A stretch of DNA of 64,000 bases from Dimargaris cristalligena (GCA_003614675.1 ML002210.1:1-64000), one strand, 5' to 3'. Counted from the first letter of the stretch, positions 38,197 to 53,154 are shown. The notes: generated by a model not told the origin, from the letters alone. A program made the numbers and translations.

Positions 38197-41100
38197 GGTG
38201 AAGTATAGATAAGCGGGTTTAGTATCGGAGACGGGGAGTTTGGGGAATAATAATTATTATTAATATAGGGAAGGACAACAGCCACTAGGTAAATAATTAT
38301 TAATTTATCCTCAGGGATAGTACAAAAAGAGGCGATATAGAGAAGGGGAGGAGGTGGGATAGGCAAAGATTGTTAAAGGATTGTTGAATAGTGAAGATGG
38401 GTGGCCTGTCTTGGGGAGGGCGGCGGCGGGGGGTTATTTATACGTTCCGGGGGGGGGTAAGCATATATACTGTTGACCAGAGAGACGCATACATGGACAG
38501 TCAACAATAGGCTTTTAGTTTTTGGTTTCAGGTGGGTTTTGTCATAAATTACGGATGCTAATTGGGAAGTATTATTTTTGGGGAGACCAATAAAACAACC
38601 CCTAATTTTATTTTCTGTAGTGCGGGAATAGAGTATATACATTTCACTTATATATATATATGCGATAGCCACACACTGCGCTGGCTGATTGATTTGGCCT
38701 ACGATGGGATGGGACTATATATTTTAGTATAGTATGCTATATTCCCAATGGAAGGGACACCACTGTATCAACAAAACCCCCCCTCCATTCATTCTATCCC
38801 ATCCACTCTAATATACACGACCCCTTCCTGTACCACAAAAATCCTCCCGCTTTTTTCCCTCCCCTCGTTATGGCTGGAAAATTATCAAAAGAATTGTTAA
38901 ATTTCTCGCCTCCGAACACCGGCGCCTTGGCCAGCGGATTGGTCCGCCTCTTCTCAAATAGATTATTTATATACACCCCCTCTATCTATTTTTCTTACGA
39001 GGCTTAAATACTCAGTTAGTTAAAAACACAATGGCCTTGGAGCAAGACGGACTAGCTGGGGCCCAACACACTATAGTCCACACGCACACTCCCTTCTAAC
39101 CATTTCCCAAGGCAGCCCCAATAACCGTGGCCCATAAAAACTGTACTAACGGCCCGGTCATTCACGATTCATTCCGGCTCCTTCCACCATATCTCTCCCA
39201 ACAGGTAAAGTATTCGGGTTACACTGTTCCCCGTTTAATGGGCCAGGGTTAGGCCTATTCCCCTTGGGTTGGCCTGGCAGTGTGCGAGCGATGCTTCTCG
39301 CCAGATGCCAGTGATTATAACCGGCTGTGGATGGAAAAGGGCGTCTACTTTCCATGGAGCTTGACTTGGGTTGCACGAGTACCCCTCTTTTTTTCCTTCT
39401 CTTCGTTCGGCGGGGTGGGTCTACTGCTGTCCCGCTGGCTAAACTCGCTCCTTGAAGTGATATAGCCGTACCCCATCGGTATTCAGCCGGGGCGATTCGC
39501 CCATACTGGTCTAGTACAACCAGGGCACTTTTTTACCAACAGGATATATTTAAATTTATAGAAACTAAAGCGGCAGCATGGCTCCGGTTGGCACTTCATA
39601 GTAGAAGGGGCCAAATCCGACCAAAATAGACGGCGGGGATCGTCCACCGCCCGAATAGGGTTCTCGCCATCGTTCTATAGGGCAACCGCCCTGTTGATGG
39701 TAGACTGCGCCTGTTCGTTAGGGAACTGGGAAAAAGGTCCATGGTGGAAGTACCAGCCAAAGCCGCCGGTTGGCTGGCACTATCTCCCCTGGTCAAATTC
39801 CCCTTCCCCCAGCCAGCCAGCCAACCAACCAAAGTTTCCGGTGGATTGTTTATATGAGCTTGTTGGACACCCAAAGTTAAAGGCAAAGGATTCACGTCAG
39901 TATTCGCATCTTCGCGGGCCTTCGAAGGTCTATGTGGGGCGGGGTCCGACAAAAGGCGCGAATCGAGCCATCAATAATGGGGAAGGAATGCTGCCCGGGA
40001 ACAGGCTGCACCAGATACCATATTTTATTTTTATTGAATTTTATTGAATTTGTACATTTTAATTAATTGCGGGTCGCCTTGCATGCCCACTATTACCTGA
40101 GTGGGGCCCATCCCCCTTATCTTCTTCACATTGTTAAGAGTGCTATAGCAGACCATGCGGCTGACCCGACTGGGTCTAATTAAGTCTTCCCTCGTATTAC
40201 CCATTAGCTCGTCTCCCCGTGCCGGCGATTGATTATTCAACCGACTCAACTGTTCCCCGTAGGTCGGCCTTGCAGGGTCTCCAATGAGCGAGGCGGTGAA
40301 ATTTATCGCCCCGTTTTTATTTGATGCACTCCTCCCACTAAGCCTAGGTGCTCCTTGAAAAAAACCGTTGATTGTTAACTAGACTCATTGTGGTTTTACA
40401 ACTACCATAATTGGCACTATCGCCATCACTATACCCATACCTATAACCACCGACACCATTATAAATCATTGAAGGTCACCAGCGTCGGTCTGCCGGAAGC
40501 TGCACCGGCATTTGTTGTTCTTTTATATATCTCTCTCTGTAAAAAAGAATAGTGATATAGCGATTGAATTTATTTTGGTCGGCCAATTTTCACAGGAAAA
40601 TCCGGTGTCCAAATGATCCACCACATGCAATAGTAGCCAAGTAATTAACGTCTCGCCAATAATTTCCATGGAGGGTAGGCGAGGAGACCGCCCCTAGCTA
40701 CTTCCATGCACTTGCGATTCACTTGACCATGTATGATTTTCCACTCGCCTCACCTCCCCTTACTGAAAAAAAATAAAATCAAATAAATAATAATAGCCAA
40801 ACCAGTGGAAAATATACTATAATAAGGCAGAAATATCACCCTAAAAAGGTGGAGGTATCACCGTCACCAGCCATATAGTAGCACTAATACTAATAAAAGG
40901 GGAAGTCGAAGGACAAGGGGAGGGAGGGAAGGGGAGAAGAGAGAGGTGCTAGTGGATTGCCTGGTCCACCCCCTATTATAGGGATCCTATCACGTCCCAT
41001 AGACACAGTCTTTGGAACGCCCTTCATCTACCCCACCCGACAATCGAGAATTAGGAAGCGCTCTCCCCGTTCTCTCCTTCACAGCGGGTCGGAACATAGT

Positions 41101-41724
41101 TTAAGTCCTGGCTCACTTCTTCTCTTCTGCCAAATCGATCACCCCGGGCTGGGGAGAGGGCTCCAAGTTCTAGAGGCGATAACGTAGTATTAAGCCACCC
41201 TAATGCTTCATAGTTGCACAGCCGACGAGCCCCTTCATCATAATTCCCTAATCTTCTTTGCCTCCCCCTCCATACTAACCCCCCTTACGTTACCTCCATT
41301 TTGCTAGTCAACTGGCGTATCAGGAATACGAGCGGCAGCCAATCATCACCCCATCTCGGATCGCTGGAAATTAATTTTTGGTCAGAAAAATAAAGGTCTA
41401 GCAATAATAATCAAAATACAATACAACACCATGGAGTAGGTGGTAGTACACTACTCCAATCAAGTTAAAGTCCATTGAATGGAACTCCTACAGCGAACTA
41501 GAAGGGGTAGTAGCAGCACCAGGTATTTGGAAACTCACTTGACCAGGGGTGCCACATATATCCTAGTGAATCCCCCAAATAAACTACCAGATGGGACTGC
41601 TGGCCCCACTCCTCTTCTTCATTTTTAAAATGTGTGAAGGTCCCGAAGCCTTCCTCGGCCGGGTAAACAGCACCACTACACTCCCCCAATCCAACGCCAT
41701 CCTATCCGCGAAGGGTGCTTTTCA

Positions 41725-41868
41725 ATATGGGAGAAGTTCATTCAGGCTGTTTAATGAAAAATCCACTGGATGAGGCCAATATTGCTGGTTAAAAGCTATT
41801 CTCCCGCATATTCACCCATACATGTATTATGTAAAACCCTATACAGCTGGTTTGAATGTCACCCATAT
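41725..41868. mobile_element. MITE copy 3
   Basis: 144 bp, ATATGGGAGAAGTTCA...TGAATGTCACCCATAT. Confidence 0.88.
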
Positions 41869-42554
41869 GATTGACGATAGGGCTAACCACTGGTCCGGCG
41901 TACACGTCGCAATCCCCAGGTAGAAGGAGAAGGCCCTACGCCAGCCCTAACATAAATAAAAAAACTGGTAGGCCCTCTAGCTATCTGACTAATGGATAAG
42001 GTGGAGTGAGGGATACTCAGGCCCAAATCGGTCCTAAAATCCAATCAACGCAGCACATCTAATGTCATTACGCATCCACCTGCACGGAATCCGGTCATCG
42101 TGGCCCAGTCAGTCGCCCCTGCACTCATTTTCTCAACCGACTCAGTGGGTTGAATCGATTTAGTGCTTACGTGGGGGGGGGGTTGTAGTATAGAGGGGAA
42201 GAGAGGAGTGAATCCAATCTAAATCTAAATCTAAATCTTGGCCGTGTTTTTATTTATTTACAAATAAATATATATGGCCATTTTAGAATTGGCTTTAAAA
42301 AACGGGCCCTGGTTGCGCTACTACAGTCTCCAATGAGATATTCGCGGCATTTAGCACTATTAGGTATCCCGATTTCCACAGCCACTTCGAATGGGGGAGA
42401 ATGGAGAGGGGAAGTTGTCTGTAGGCGGGTAGGTAGATGGGCAGTAAATACATGTGGATAAATATAAGTGTATAAGATAAAGGGGGGATCAGTGGATGAA
42501 GAGGGGAGAAGGATTCTCTGTCTCTGTCCTGTAATACAATCTTGCGGCTAGTAT

Positions 42555-42650
42555 ATGTGCGGGTGCGGGTGTGGGTGTGGGTGTATGGGTATGGGTATGT
42601 GTATGGATATGTGTATGTGTATGGATATGTGTATGTGTATGGATATGTGT
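42555..42650. repeat. Degenerate hexamer array including an 18-bp unit (GTATGGATATGTGTATGT, about 3 copies)
   Basis: Read directly from the sequence. Confidence 0.85.
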
Positions 42651-45604
42651 GGCTATAGTTGTTGCTAGGGTAATGCGACTGTGGGCTGACTAAAATCGAG
42701 GCCACATTCCGCAAATAGGTCATCAACGTGCCTTCAAATCACACCCGCTACCCTATTCGACACCCCCACGTCATTCTAGTTTCGTCAAACGTCAGCTATC
42801 GCCGCGCCAAAACTATTCATCCCAGTGCATGTCGGATGGAAAAGTTTCGTTTTGGTGGTGTATTATGTACACACGGCCGAGGCCATAAAAACCTGCCGAA
42901 TCGTTGGATAGTGCACGACTCCGATTGGTGTGGGACAGGCCTGGTCTTCCTGGCAGCGAGTAGTCTGTTTATGCCGGGAATATCCCTGTCGAATGGGGCT
43001 GCGCTTACTTACGGGTGCCAAGGATGGATGGCCCACATCATCACCACCTTTATTATCATCATCATCATCATCATCATTATCACCCACTTGGTCTATATTT
43101 AATCCAGTGTAGTCAGCGTCTATCGTAGCTTCCTTTAAAAGTGGCCCAATCATTAGGCGACAGCCTGTAGCGGCTCACATTCCCCCGTGTTCTATTGTTC
43201 CTGCTGGTCTGGATAGTGCTGAAGGGGCAGTCGGGGTGTGTAGAGTGGTATGGTAGTGGGCTCTATACGCCCTCCACTCACCATCTATTATTATTATTAT
43301 TATTCGCCAAGGTCCGGGTAGTTTCCAACCACTGTGTGTGTGTGTGTGTGTAATGGTTTCGCTCTCCCTTGTTCTCCAGCTTTGAACTGACTACTGGGTT
43401 GACGTTCCCTGCGGCAGCCCCGCCGGTGGATTTCGAAAGAAAATCTTTTACCACGTGCATACCAATTGGCTTGGCTGGCTGTGGGGGTTACACACCACCC
43501 ACACACACTAACCCTCATTAATTATTACCCTTCTCTCCTCTCCCATCCGGTATTGCCACTATACACAACCACATAGTCCTGTCCCCCCAAAAATCACCAA
43601 TCATCGTTTGCAACGATTCATTCCACTTTTTTATTACTATTATTAATATACCGACATTATAAAATTTTATCCCAGTGCTTCTGGTTTATAATTGCACCAG
43701 CTGATCCATTTTAGGGGAAGGCGGTGCCGGAAAGGAGAGAGAGATATACTCTCCCCTGGTCTCTGGGGGTGCTGCCCCTCCTATAGCATCATTGGCTAAT
43801 TAAATGGCCATATTCCCTGTCCACCCTTATACATAATAGTAATAACAATAATCTATTCCCTCCGCGGCGGCCCTAAACTTTTTTAGAAGGCGTGTGTAAC
43901 CACCGAAATAAAATTGAAACATCGGGGTGGAATGGTCTGGGTATTGTGTAATAATAATAATAATAATCAAGGCTAGTCCACCCCAACTAGGGAGTGGCGG
44001 TTGGGCTTGGGAAATGATAAGCTGTGGTGGTTGCTCGTTGGTAGGGAAGAAGAGGTTTCAGATCCACTCGAGTATATTTGGTCTGCTTCTCTGCCAAATA
44101 GTAGATAACGAAAAGTGTCACCGCAACCCTCTCTCCCCTTCTTCCCCCCATCTTTCCCGTTGGCATACGCTGAAAAAAAGTGGCTGGGTAACGGTGACAC
44201 TGGGATTGACCACCGCAATCATCTGGGAGATGATTCAAAAGAGAATATCCCTGAATGTACCTTCATAGTATCGGTGACCCTGTAATGAATAAAATTTCAC
44301 CTCCTGACCCTTGACCGTACAACCGACCCCCCAGTTATATATCACCATCTTTTATTTTAGGCCTCAGTGAATTTTGGTAGTATCCGTCACACGACCACCT
44401 CTATATATCTATCTATCTATACGACATTCCCCCGTATATAGGCTTGGCCGTCGCTCAAAAAAGCCCCCGGAGGTGGGTGGCTTTATGATAGCACGGCAGC
44501 GTACCGGGAAAAAGGCCCACTCTGCTGACGGGGGGTTGGTGGGATCTAGGACAGACACGCCGCGATTTTAGTAGGAGGGCTCCCTAGAGTTTAGCCTTTG
44601 CTTTTGCGAGCTGAGCACCGTTCCATCCACACTAAAATTTGGGTAGGGTGGGTTCCAAATAAAATATGTGCGGTGTATAAGTGTATAAGTGTGTGTGAGT
44701 GAATGAGGAGGGTTAGTTGGTATTTTCACCATGAATCACGGCGATAGGGCGCCCCCCATTCTCACCCCACTCCACAACCCATTGGCTGGATCCAACCCTG
44801 GTCGATACCATTATTGGCGGAGACCTGCCGACCTTCGTTTACCATAACTGTAGTCGTATAAGAATAAACCTTATATAACAACTATACTCTACTCCTCTGG
44901 GCGGGGAATGCTGCCTTCCACTCCAGGGCAGGATTTCCTTGGCTGCAGCAGGTCCTCTACCCCTGACTTACTGATTCTTAGTTTAGATAAGGGGATATAT
45001 AGATTCGGTAGGCTTAAATAGGCCCATCTCATTCCCGTCTTTGGTGAGCCAGGTGGTATCGATTGTACGGTTTCGGTTTCGTTTAGGACACGCTGCTAAA
45101 GACAGGCGTCCTTTTTCGTTTTATAAAACACCTCCCCCCATTATGAAGGAACCGGAATCATTTGACCCGCTTCACTGGCGGGAACGGTAAACACCAGTGG
45201 TGGCGGAGGGGTCACCTGATTTACCGGTTTGCCAGCTTCCGCTTCTCTAGAAGGTGGGATGGTACTACACGACGCGACCATTGGTGGTGGTGCCTTTCCT
45301 ATTGTTATAGAGAGGGCCAGCTAAATTCCAGAATGATGATGCACACCCTACCCTATAGTGTTTGTAGCGAACCATTTCCATCGTAGGTTCTATTCCGGCC
45401 GTTGCTGCCTTGGAATTCGACGATTCATGGGCACTGTCGGGCCACCGGAGGCAGGCCACGCCTCAGTATTGGCATGGCCTACTCTATAGGGATAGTAATC
45501 AGGTGGGTCTTGGCTCAGCCCCTGCCGGTACTGCACCACACCACCATTCACTTTGGGCTATTTCTAGTAGGAGGAGGGACCAACCGTGTCCATCCCTGCT
45601 GGTC

Positions 45605-45635
<31 letters not shown>

Positions 45636-46816
45636 GTATTTTGTTTTACTTGGCTGGTCCCCCGCATGAATGAATAATAAGCCTATAAAAAAATGCCCAT
45701 GTATAAAATCAGGGCCAAAAAACCGGGGGATATAATTGGAATTCGCCTCATTGTTCCCCTACGGCCGCCTAATCTCACTCATACTGGGGGCCAGTCAATC
45801 GCCTCGCCATTCCCCCTATACGGTAATTAAACTGCCTCACTTACCTCGTCTCCCTTTTCCTCCCCTCCATTTCCATTTTCCCCTCGTTCACTCGTCTAGC
45901 AAAGCAATCCAACCACCTGTGCTACCACGCTGGGTTTAAGCCTGCTATTCCCTCTCTGCTCTTACTCCCCCTATCACCTTCATCGGGATAAGGATCAGCT
46001 AAGCAGTAGGAGAGTCCCTTCAGCGGACTACTTGGACACTAGCTAGTGCCTCCAGCCCTCCGCATCTCATGGGCAGCTGTCAAAATCTTAGGTGGGGGAT
46101 AATCCTCTTCTTTATTGCCCAGGTCCGAATTAATAGCGCCGATGGCGACAGCCTAGTGAATATATATATATATATATATATAGAAGGCACAGGGGGGGTC
46201 CCATCCAACAATGGCAGCCAGGAGCAGCGTATCATATCAAACGGGAAAGTAACCGCCAAGCGGAAGGTGACCAAACCTGGGTAGATAAAAATATTACCAC
46301 GGCTGGACCGGTAAGAACACCCACACCCCCTTTTTGCATCTCCTCCTTCACCTTCACTTTCAAATCCCCCCCATTCGACAATGGATGTCCTCACGCCTAG
46401 TTGTGGCCCAACCAACTTGGGCACTCCCAGCAACGGTCACTGTTCAGGAGTCGCTTGGATTTTTTTTGTCACCATTTATGGGAAGGGATCGACATGATGC
46501 ACACCCACATACCACCTATATCCTTTTCGGTACGAGCCAGTGGTAAGGGGAGGATATGTATGGGTGGGTGGGTGAAATTTCGGTTTTCACGCACCAGGGG
46601 GCCTAACTAGTGCGATATAATGACATGAGCCGGCGCCGCGAGTGCGGGTGGTTAGTGCATGTCCCCCAGAGAATACCCTGGAACTTTGATATCAATTGGG
46701 GAGGTGTTCGCAAGGGGGTTATTTTCCCCCTTCTCTCCTTAAACGAATAACATCCGGATATAAAATCCTCCACCAGATTCACCAAGTGTGCGTATGTGGA
46801 TGTAAATGTGGGTGTG

Positions 46817-46848
<32 letters not shown>

Positions 46849-47446
46849 GATCGACTACTTATCCCTCATGCATGGCAACGCTATTCGGCTACCGAAGGCT
46901 GCCTCTTATTTCTATTCCCTTCCTTCCCCCCCTTTGGCCAACATCTACTTTTAGATTTATTTCCAACGGGAATGGCCCCAAGTATTAAAGTATGGTGGGA
47001 ATAGTCCAGCGGGGTTGACGTACACACCGGGGCCCGCAGACGGGTCCAAATGGGTATCGGGACGGCTGACATCAGCCAACGATGGCCAAATTTATCATCA
47101 CTTCGAAACATTTGGAAGACTCCTAAAACACCTTCAGTCGACCTGTCCGGCACCGGGTCATTGGTCCAGGAGAAATTGTACCCTCTGCCCCTTTCCTCGC
47201 CGTCCAACCTTGTGAATAAAGTTTATAGAACGGGAAAATCGGCCGAGTTGCTGGCCGATTAAAAAGGTTTATCGTAATCCTGGGTTGATGATTCTGTAGG
47301 TGCTCTATATATTATCTGGTCACATGTTGCATAGATGCCTCTCCTCTTCCTCTCATCCAGTCTGCAGCACCCGGGAAAATTCGACTATATAGTTCGGGTG
47401 GTTTACTGGATTAGTACAGGTATTTGGATGGGGGAGGGGGTAAAAC

Positions 47447-47590
47447 ATATGGGAGAAGTTCATCCAAGCTGTATAACGAAACATCCATTAAATTCGGCCA
47501 ATATTACTAGTTAAAAATATTTTTTTCATATATTTTCCCCTACACGTATAATGTAAACCCTTCTATGGCTGGGCCGAATTTCACCCATAT
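47447..47590. mobile_element. MITE copy 4
   Basis: 144 bp, ATATGGGAGAAGTTCA...CGAATTTCACCCATAT; more diverged internally. Confidence 0.85.
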
Positions 47591-49713
47591 CCACCATTTT
47601 AGTAGGAAGGGGGATGGCGGAGGTTCACTCGAAGCAGCCGTCTAGCAAGAAGGCAAGTGGGGGTGTCATAATAAACCCGGGGGAAATCATGGAATCATAA
47701 GGCTGCTTCGAGATTGGTCGATTTGACCCGTATAGCATAACTTTTCTCCCCCTCTTAGGCCAAGGGGTCCGGCTGGGCCAGATAATGATGGCTTTTTTGA
47801 ACCATTTTAGGTTCGTGAAACTGTGGCATGGACCAAGCCTGTCTTCCGCACAACGGGAACGTTGCTTTAACTTCATGGCACTGGTGAGACTGGGGCGTGG
47901 CCTCTAATTAGCTACACCACGGGTGGCTGAAAAGTAAGTCGCCTATTTGGGCGCATTTTTTAGACGGATATTCTTTTCTTAAAAATAAGAGATAGAAAAT
48001 GTCAATGTGTGAGTAGGGGGGGGGGATTTGCCCGTTATGATCCCGTGTTTCCAACTCAATGCCCAGTTTTGGGCTTGGACACTAGACATAGTTTCAGCCG
48101 AGGCCCATCCTCCCAGCGCGGCTCCTCCCCTCTCCACGAGACGAGACGGCTCGATCCTCCTCCTCATTGGAAAACCACTTCGCCCACTGGCTCTTTTCAG
48201 CTTACACTGGTTGTCGAACCACGAGCTCCAATTGATTATTAAGGGGGATCCGTTTTATTTCCGATGCCCCGAATCCGCCTGGGGTGGAGTTGGCCCCCCC
48301 CTACTCTGGTATATTAGGTTGATTAAAGCAAGACGATGAACCCAGCCCAACAGTCCTCCACCGCCTTGGAAGACTACCAGAGGGGGTGACTTTCATTAAA
48401 TGAATTCCCGTGGACTGTTCATTTATTTTATTTTATACGTGGGTGGCTATTAAATTTGATCAGCCGTTCTTCCTGATTCTCCCCTGTTTTTGTGGGCAAT
48501 CATCGCTACATGTGTTCCATCATCAATCCCGTTCTTTGGCGGATTATTAGGCAGTGACGCTGCGTCTTTTCCTTTCCTTTTATTTCACTTTCCAGCCCAT
48601 CCCCCCCTGGTGTAGCTCAGCTCAGAGTAATTCCCGGCCCAGCCATCTATGTTATTCAATCATTCAATCATTCGTAGTTTCCAAATGAACCAGTAACCTT
48701 GTTTCTCCTCCCCCTGCGGTCACTCCCCCCCATCCCAAACCACCCTTCCGCCGATATATTGTACTGGGCTATCTCTAGTTTCGCCCAACACCCTAAGCAA
48801 GCCGCCTTGTCTAAACAATAGGGGGGAAAAGGCGTGCAGTTTTAGTTATCCTGGAATTTTGGGTTCCAAGTGCCATGCATAGTGGCTGTTTCCCGATTTT
48901 CCCCTGGACTGGAATCCGGATTGCCCTTCGGGGTCACGGGAAATGGGTGTTTTCCCTTAGGTCTACCCCCCAGCCTTCCCTCCCACTGGCCGACACTGAG
49001 CTTTCGGGGTGTAATGCACTGTCAACCGTGCGTGTCCAGGGGTATCACTAGTTTAATGCTCGTTGTAATGAAATTATGGGTAATAGTCCTTCGAGTATGA
49101 ACTTTTTTTATTTTAATACTTTTTATTTAGAAATATATAGATTGATGTTTCGCTAAAATTATCCATACAGAGCAGGCTGCTGGCCAGTCAAGTTAGGGAA
49201 CCACTCCAATTTACCGTAGAGGTGGAAGGGGTCCCCCATCTCTAACCCCGGCTGATTGTCCGATATATGTCTGATTTGGGCCACGAATGGGAGGGCTACA
49301 CGCTTTAGACTATAGCGGCAGTCTATTACCACATCCCCCTCCAGCTCTTATTATTATCATCATTATATGTTAGTTTATTGCCCAAAAAATGATTTCAAAA
49401 TAAAACCCCCCAAATCGCCCGATTGGGAAAAGTTGATTGATGCGCCGAGATACACACTGTGTCACCGCCTTGTAACACCCGGAACAATACTCAGCATGTG
49501 GTCAGATTTTTCCGGCAGACTATTAAGAGATGGCTAGAAAAAGGTGAAAACAGGTCAGCGGGGACTAGGTGAGGTTTTTGGGCTGACCACTACTACTAAG
49601 CATTCTAGTTCGCACCGTTGGGTTTAAATAGGGCCAACGGGTAAAGGGGGTGGTCTCCTATTCGCCTGGCCTGTCCCTCTCGATTCACTCGCCTGTATAT
49701 CAGACATAAAAAA

Positions 49714-49745
<32 letters not shown>

Positions 49746-52700
49746 GCTGCATATGTAAACGCTTCGCACCTATCACTGCTGCCCTTCGTTTCCAGGCCGC
49801 ACCGAAAGTGACGTGCACGTTGTTAAGAGTGTAGCAGTAGAGGTGGTGGTGGTGGTGGTGGGGAGGTGAATGCACGCCTGGATTATACCGAAGGGTCTCT
49901 TCCGCGTCTCCGTTGCACCAGAACCTGCCTTAATCTTCACGGCGGCCTAATGCATCTGGTATTAGTTATATATTTGGGGGTCTTTTAACTGGCAATGTTC
50001 CTTTTATTTAGGGTTCGTGAAAACAAACCCAAAACAGGTCAAGCTTATCGAAATGGTCTGCCACCATCCACACCACACCACTCTTCTCTCCAGCTACTAC
50101 TCTAGAATCAACCCCTTCGGGTAGGGTGAATTTCGTGGGTAAACCAACCTTCCCGATATACGACTATAGGGGGGAGGGACTTGGCCGACAAACATAGAAA
50201 ATCAGACGAAACAAAATAAGACATGATTTCTTTAGGGTTTCCAAATGAATACATATATATATATATGTATGAAAATGACACACCCACATACACAAGGTGA
50301 TCGGCCAACGCTGAAGGGTTTCTACCCAGTACGATATATCCTAGGTAAGGGAGGCGCGACCAATGGACATTAGCTTAATTACCACTCACCATCAAAATAA
50401 GGGAAATTTCGTAACATGGAAGACCTTGTTCATATAGAGTAATGGTGGAAATGATTACTATTTAAGGAAGGAGGGTCAGAAGATGGGAGAGGGGAACATG
50501 CTACATTGGTATAATAAGCGTGTATCTGGCCACACATTCTCTTTGGCCATGGTAGATTGGGGTTAACAGTGGCCAGGACGTCACAAGGATGCCCTTTTAG
50601 TGTGCCAGCGTTGGGCTGACTGGCCTCCTCCCCATCATCATCATCCCTTTTACTAAATGTCCCCCCCCCTTTTCCGCTTTCTAATCCTAAATTCAACGTG
50701 AAACGCCGTCATCGAAGACGTATTACAGGGCTTTTATTCCCCGCCCCTTCTAGTTTGGCATTCCCGCCCATACACCAAGGCAGGGTTCCGTTTAGTCACA
50801 TGTAAAAGGCACCTAATGGCCGTTGGTTTTGGTTTTCCGTTGCTTTGGCCTTGTTTAGGTGGGAATTAGTATTAGTATTAGTATTATTATCATTATCACC
50901 ATTATAATAGCTAAAAGACCCCCTTTCCCCTTCTTCGCTTTCTCCCAATTTACTTCTATTGGCCCAGGGTCACTCTCGCCCAACAGTTCATCTAAATATG
51001 GCCAGGCACACGACAGTCCAAAGAAGCTGGTGCAAAAATTTGGTGAGCCAGTAGTAGTCCCTCCGCCGTTGACCCAAAAAGATTGGTCCTACCTTAAACA
51101 TTTAGCCCGAATTGTACTAGCATTGCCCCTTTCGCTGCCAGGATTATTTTCTCATTGGAACGTAGTTAGGGTTAGTCGAATTTTACACTGGTGGTATAGG
51201 TTTCCCTTAAATGTCTCGCTACCATCACTAGAGACTATCATGTCCCATTTTTCGTATTGCCGATGGGGAGTTGGTACGAGTTGGCTCTGACCAGTGATGG
51301 CCTGTTTATAGAAATAAATCAATGAAAGGGGCGGAGAAACAAGTGCACATGCCATTAGTAGTGGCCATGGAAACGGAGCATTTGCGAATCAAATTTATGC
51401 CAGTGGCAGGCTAGTATAATATAGGATGTCGGGTTTAGTTTACTCCCGGTTAGTAAGGGTGGGGGGAAGAAAGTCCCCGTTCGTTAATCCCCCCCTTTGG
51501 CCGTAACGAAACACGACTACTGACGCCATGGTTGATGTGGGAATGTGGATATATGTCCCAGAGTAGGCGAGGGGGGTATTAAACATGGGGGCGGTGGTGT
51601 ATGGGACGTGGTATCGTTTAACCTACCTAATCGGCTGGCGTTAATTTGGCCTAATCTGGTCCATGGTTCAACCCCTCAATAGTAATGACAATGCGAGTGG
51701 GTAACGAACAATCAGCCCCAAGGCTCAAGCCTAATAAAACTGCCTTTTGTGGGTCCAGCAGCCTCGTTGTACTCCATTTCTTCTTCTTCCGTCGATTAGT
51801 AAGTAGATGGGGTGTGGATGGCCTCAAGTTAACCTAAAGCTAAAAACCATCAAAGGTTGTTTGCCATAATACCCAAAACCGGCGGCCTTGGGTTAAACAA
51901 TCGAAATCCAGTGACGGTGCGAGGGGGCACCATTCTTAGTTTCAGTGTCTTCTACCGCTGCTTCGTCTTTCCCAGCCCACCAGTATGAACCAAACAGACC
52001 CAGCCGCTGCATCGAACATAAAGTGGTCTTACTAATAAGTAGCACGATACCCCATCCCACTGGGAATATACTAATGCAATAACACCATATCCATAAGGCG
52101 GCCTCTGCGTTGGCACCATCTTTCAAACTCCCAATCATGGCCATCCCCTTTGCAGAACTTTTTGTCATTGACAGCCCATGGAGCCAATCCGCTGGGAATA
52201 TTCACGGTATTACACACCACTCGAGTGTAATAGACCAGCAGTGTACTCATCCATCCACGGTGCACCAGCGGAGAACGGATAAACGGATAATTACTAAATT
52301 ACTAGCACCACCCCGAGCAGCTGCACCATTCCCGCACGGCCCAACCCCTCCCTCTCTTCATTCTTCACCCTCCCCCCCACCAATGTCCCTCCCTAAATTC
52401 AGTCCAAGCGGCCAGTGGATCTTCCCTAGCCCGCCAGTGATGTAACGAGTTGTACGACCCCAGGAATCAGTCCGTGCAAGGTCAATAATACCTATTAAGT
52501 ATTCATCTCACCACTGATTCCCGACGGCCCAAAAATTATATCCTTTCATATCTCGTGCAACCGCTAGGGCCATGAATTGGGTCGCCAAACCCCTGCTGTT
52601 GCCACCTACCCGCCCTTCATTTTACCCTGTAAAAAAATGAAATACAATGAAAGGGATACACACCAAGGTGAGGTATAGAGGGGGATGGTACCTAGGTGTA

Positions 52701-53154
52701 ATTGCGGCTGAGGCAGGTCGTCTAGAGGGGCGGCCGTGTAATATAATCCATGGCTATTCTAGTTCGCATTATCCACGCTGACCTGCTGTCCATGCCTAAC
52801 CATCCCGAATTTCATCCCAAAAAAGAATATCATAGGAACCACTATTCCAAACACATATACATACACACGCACACGCATATCTATATATGTATATTTGAAA
52901 ATAAAACACCAATAGCAACAAACACTTAGATCGGTGTACATGCATCGGCCATTGCAGTGGGGTACCTCTAACATATTTAGGGTGCCCACTAGGCACCTTG
53001 CGTATATATGTAAAGAAGAACCTCGGGTAGTGAATACCACCTCTTCCCCTCTCTATGGACCTGGGCGTAGATACCACACGTATTACCGAGGTTGGCTCGA
53101 AAGACGTTCCCCCTTGTTGCATGCGAGGGAAGGAAGGTAAATTCCATCCCGCGC

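Noticed and set aside
42295-43102. ORFs with YTYP repeats or poly-Ile/Asp runs
   Set aside because: Translations of simple sequence repeats.
48608-48690. GGTGTAGCTCAG resembling a tRNA 5' end / A box
   Set aside because: No T-arm GTTCRA and no acceptor-stem complement.
45604-50270. Recurrent (AT)n runs and G/C homopolymers (possible 6mA clusters or G-quadruplexes)
   Set aside because: Scattered through introns and intergenic DNA across the window; nothing in the sequence alone distinguishes them from ordinary microsatellites.
51893-52265. Overlapping hydrophobic ORF fragments suggesting a decayed membrane-protein gene
   Set aside because: No recognisable family motif and no consistent frame or splice structure.
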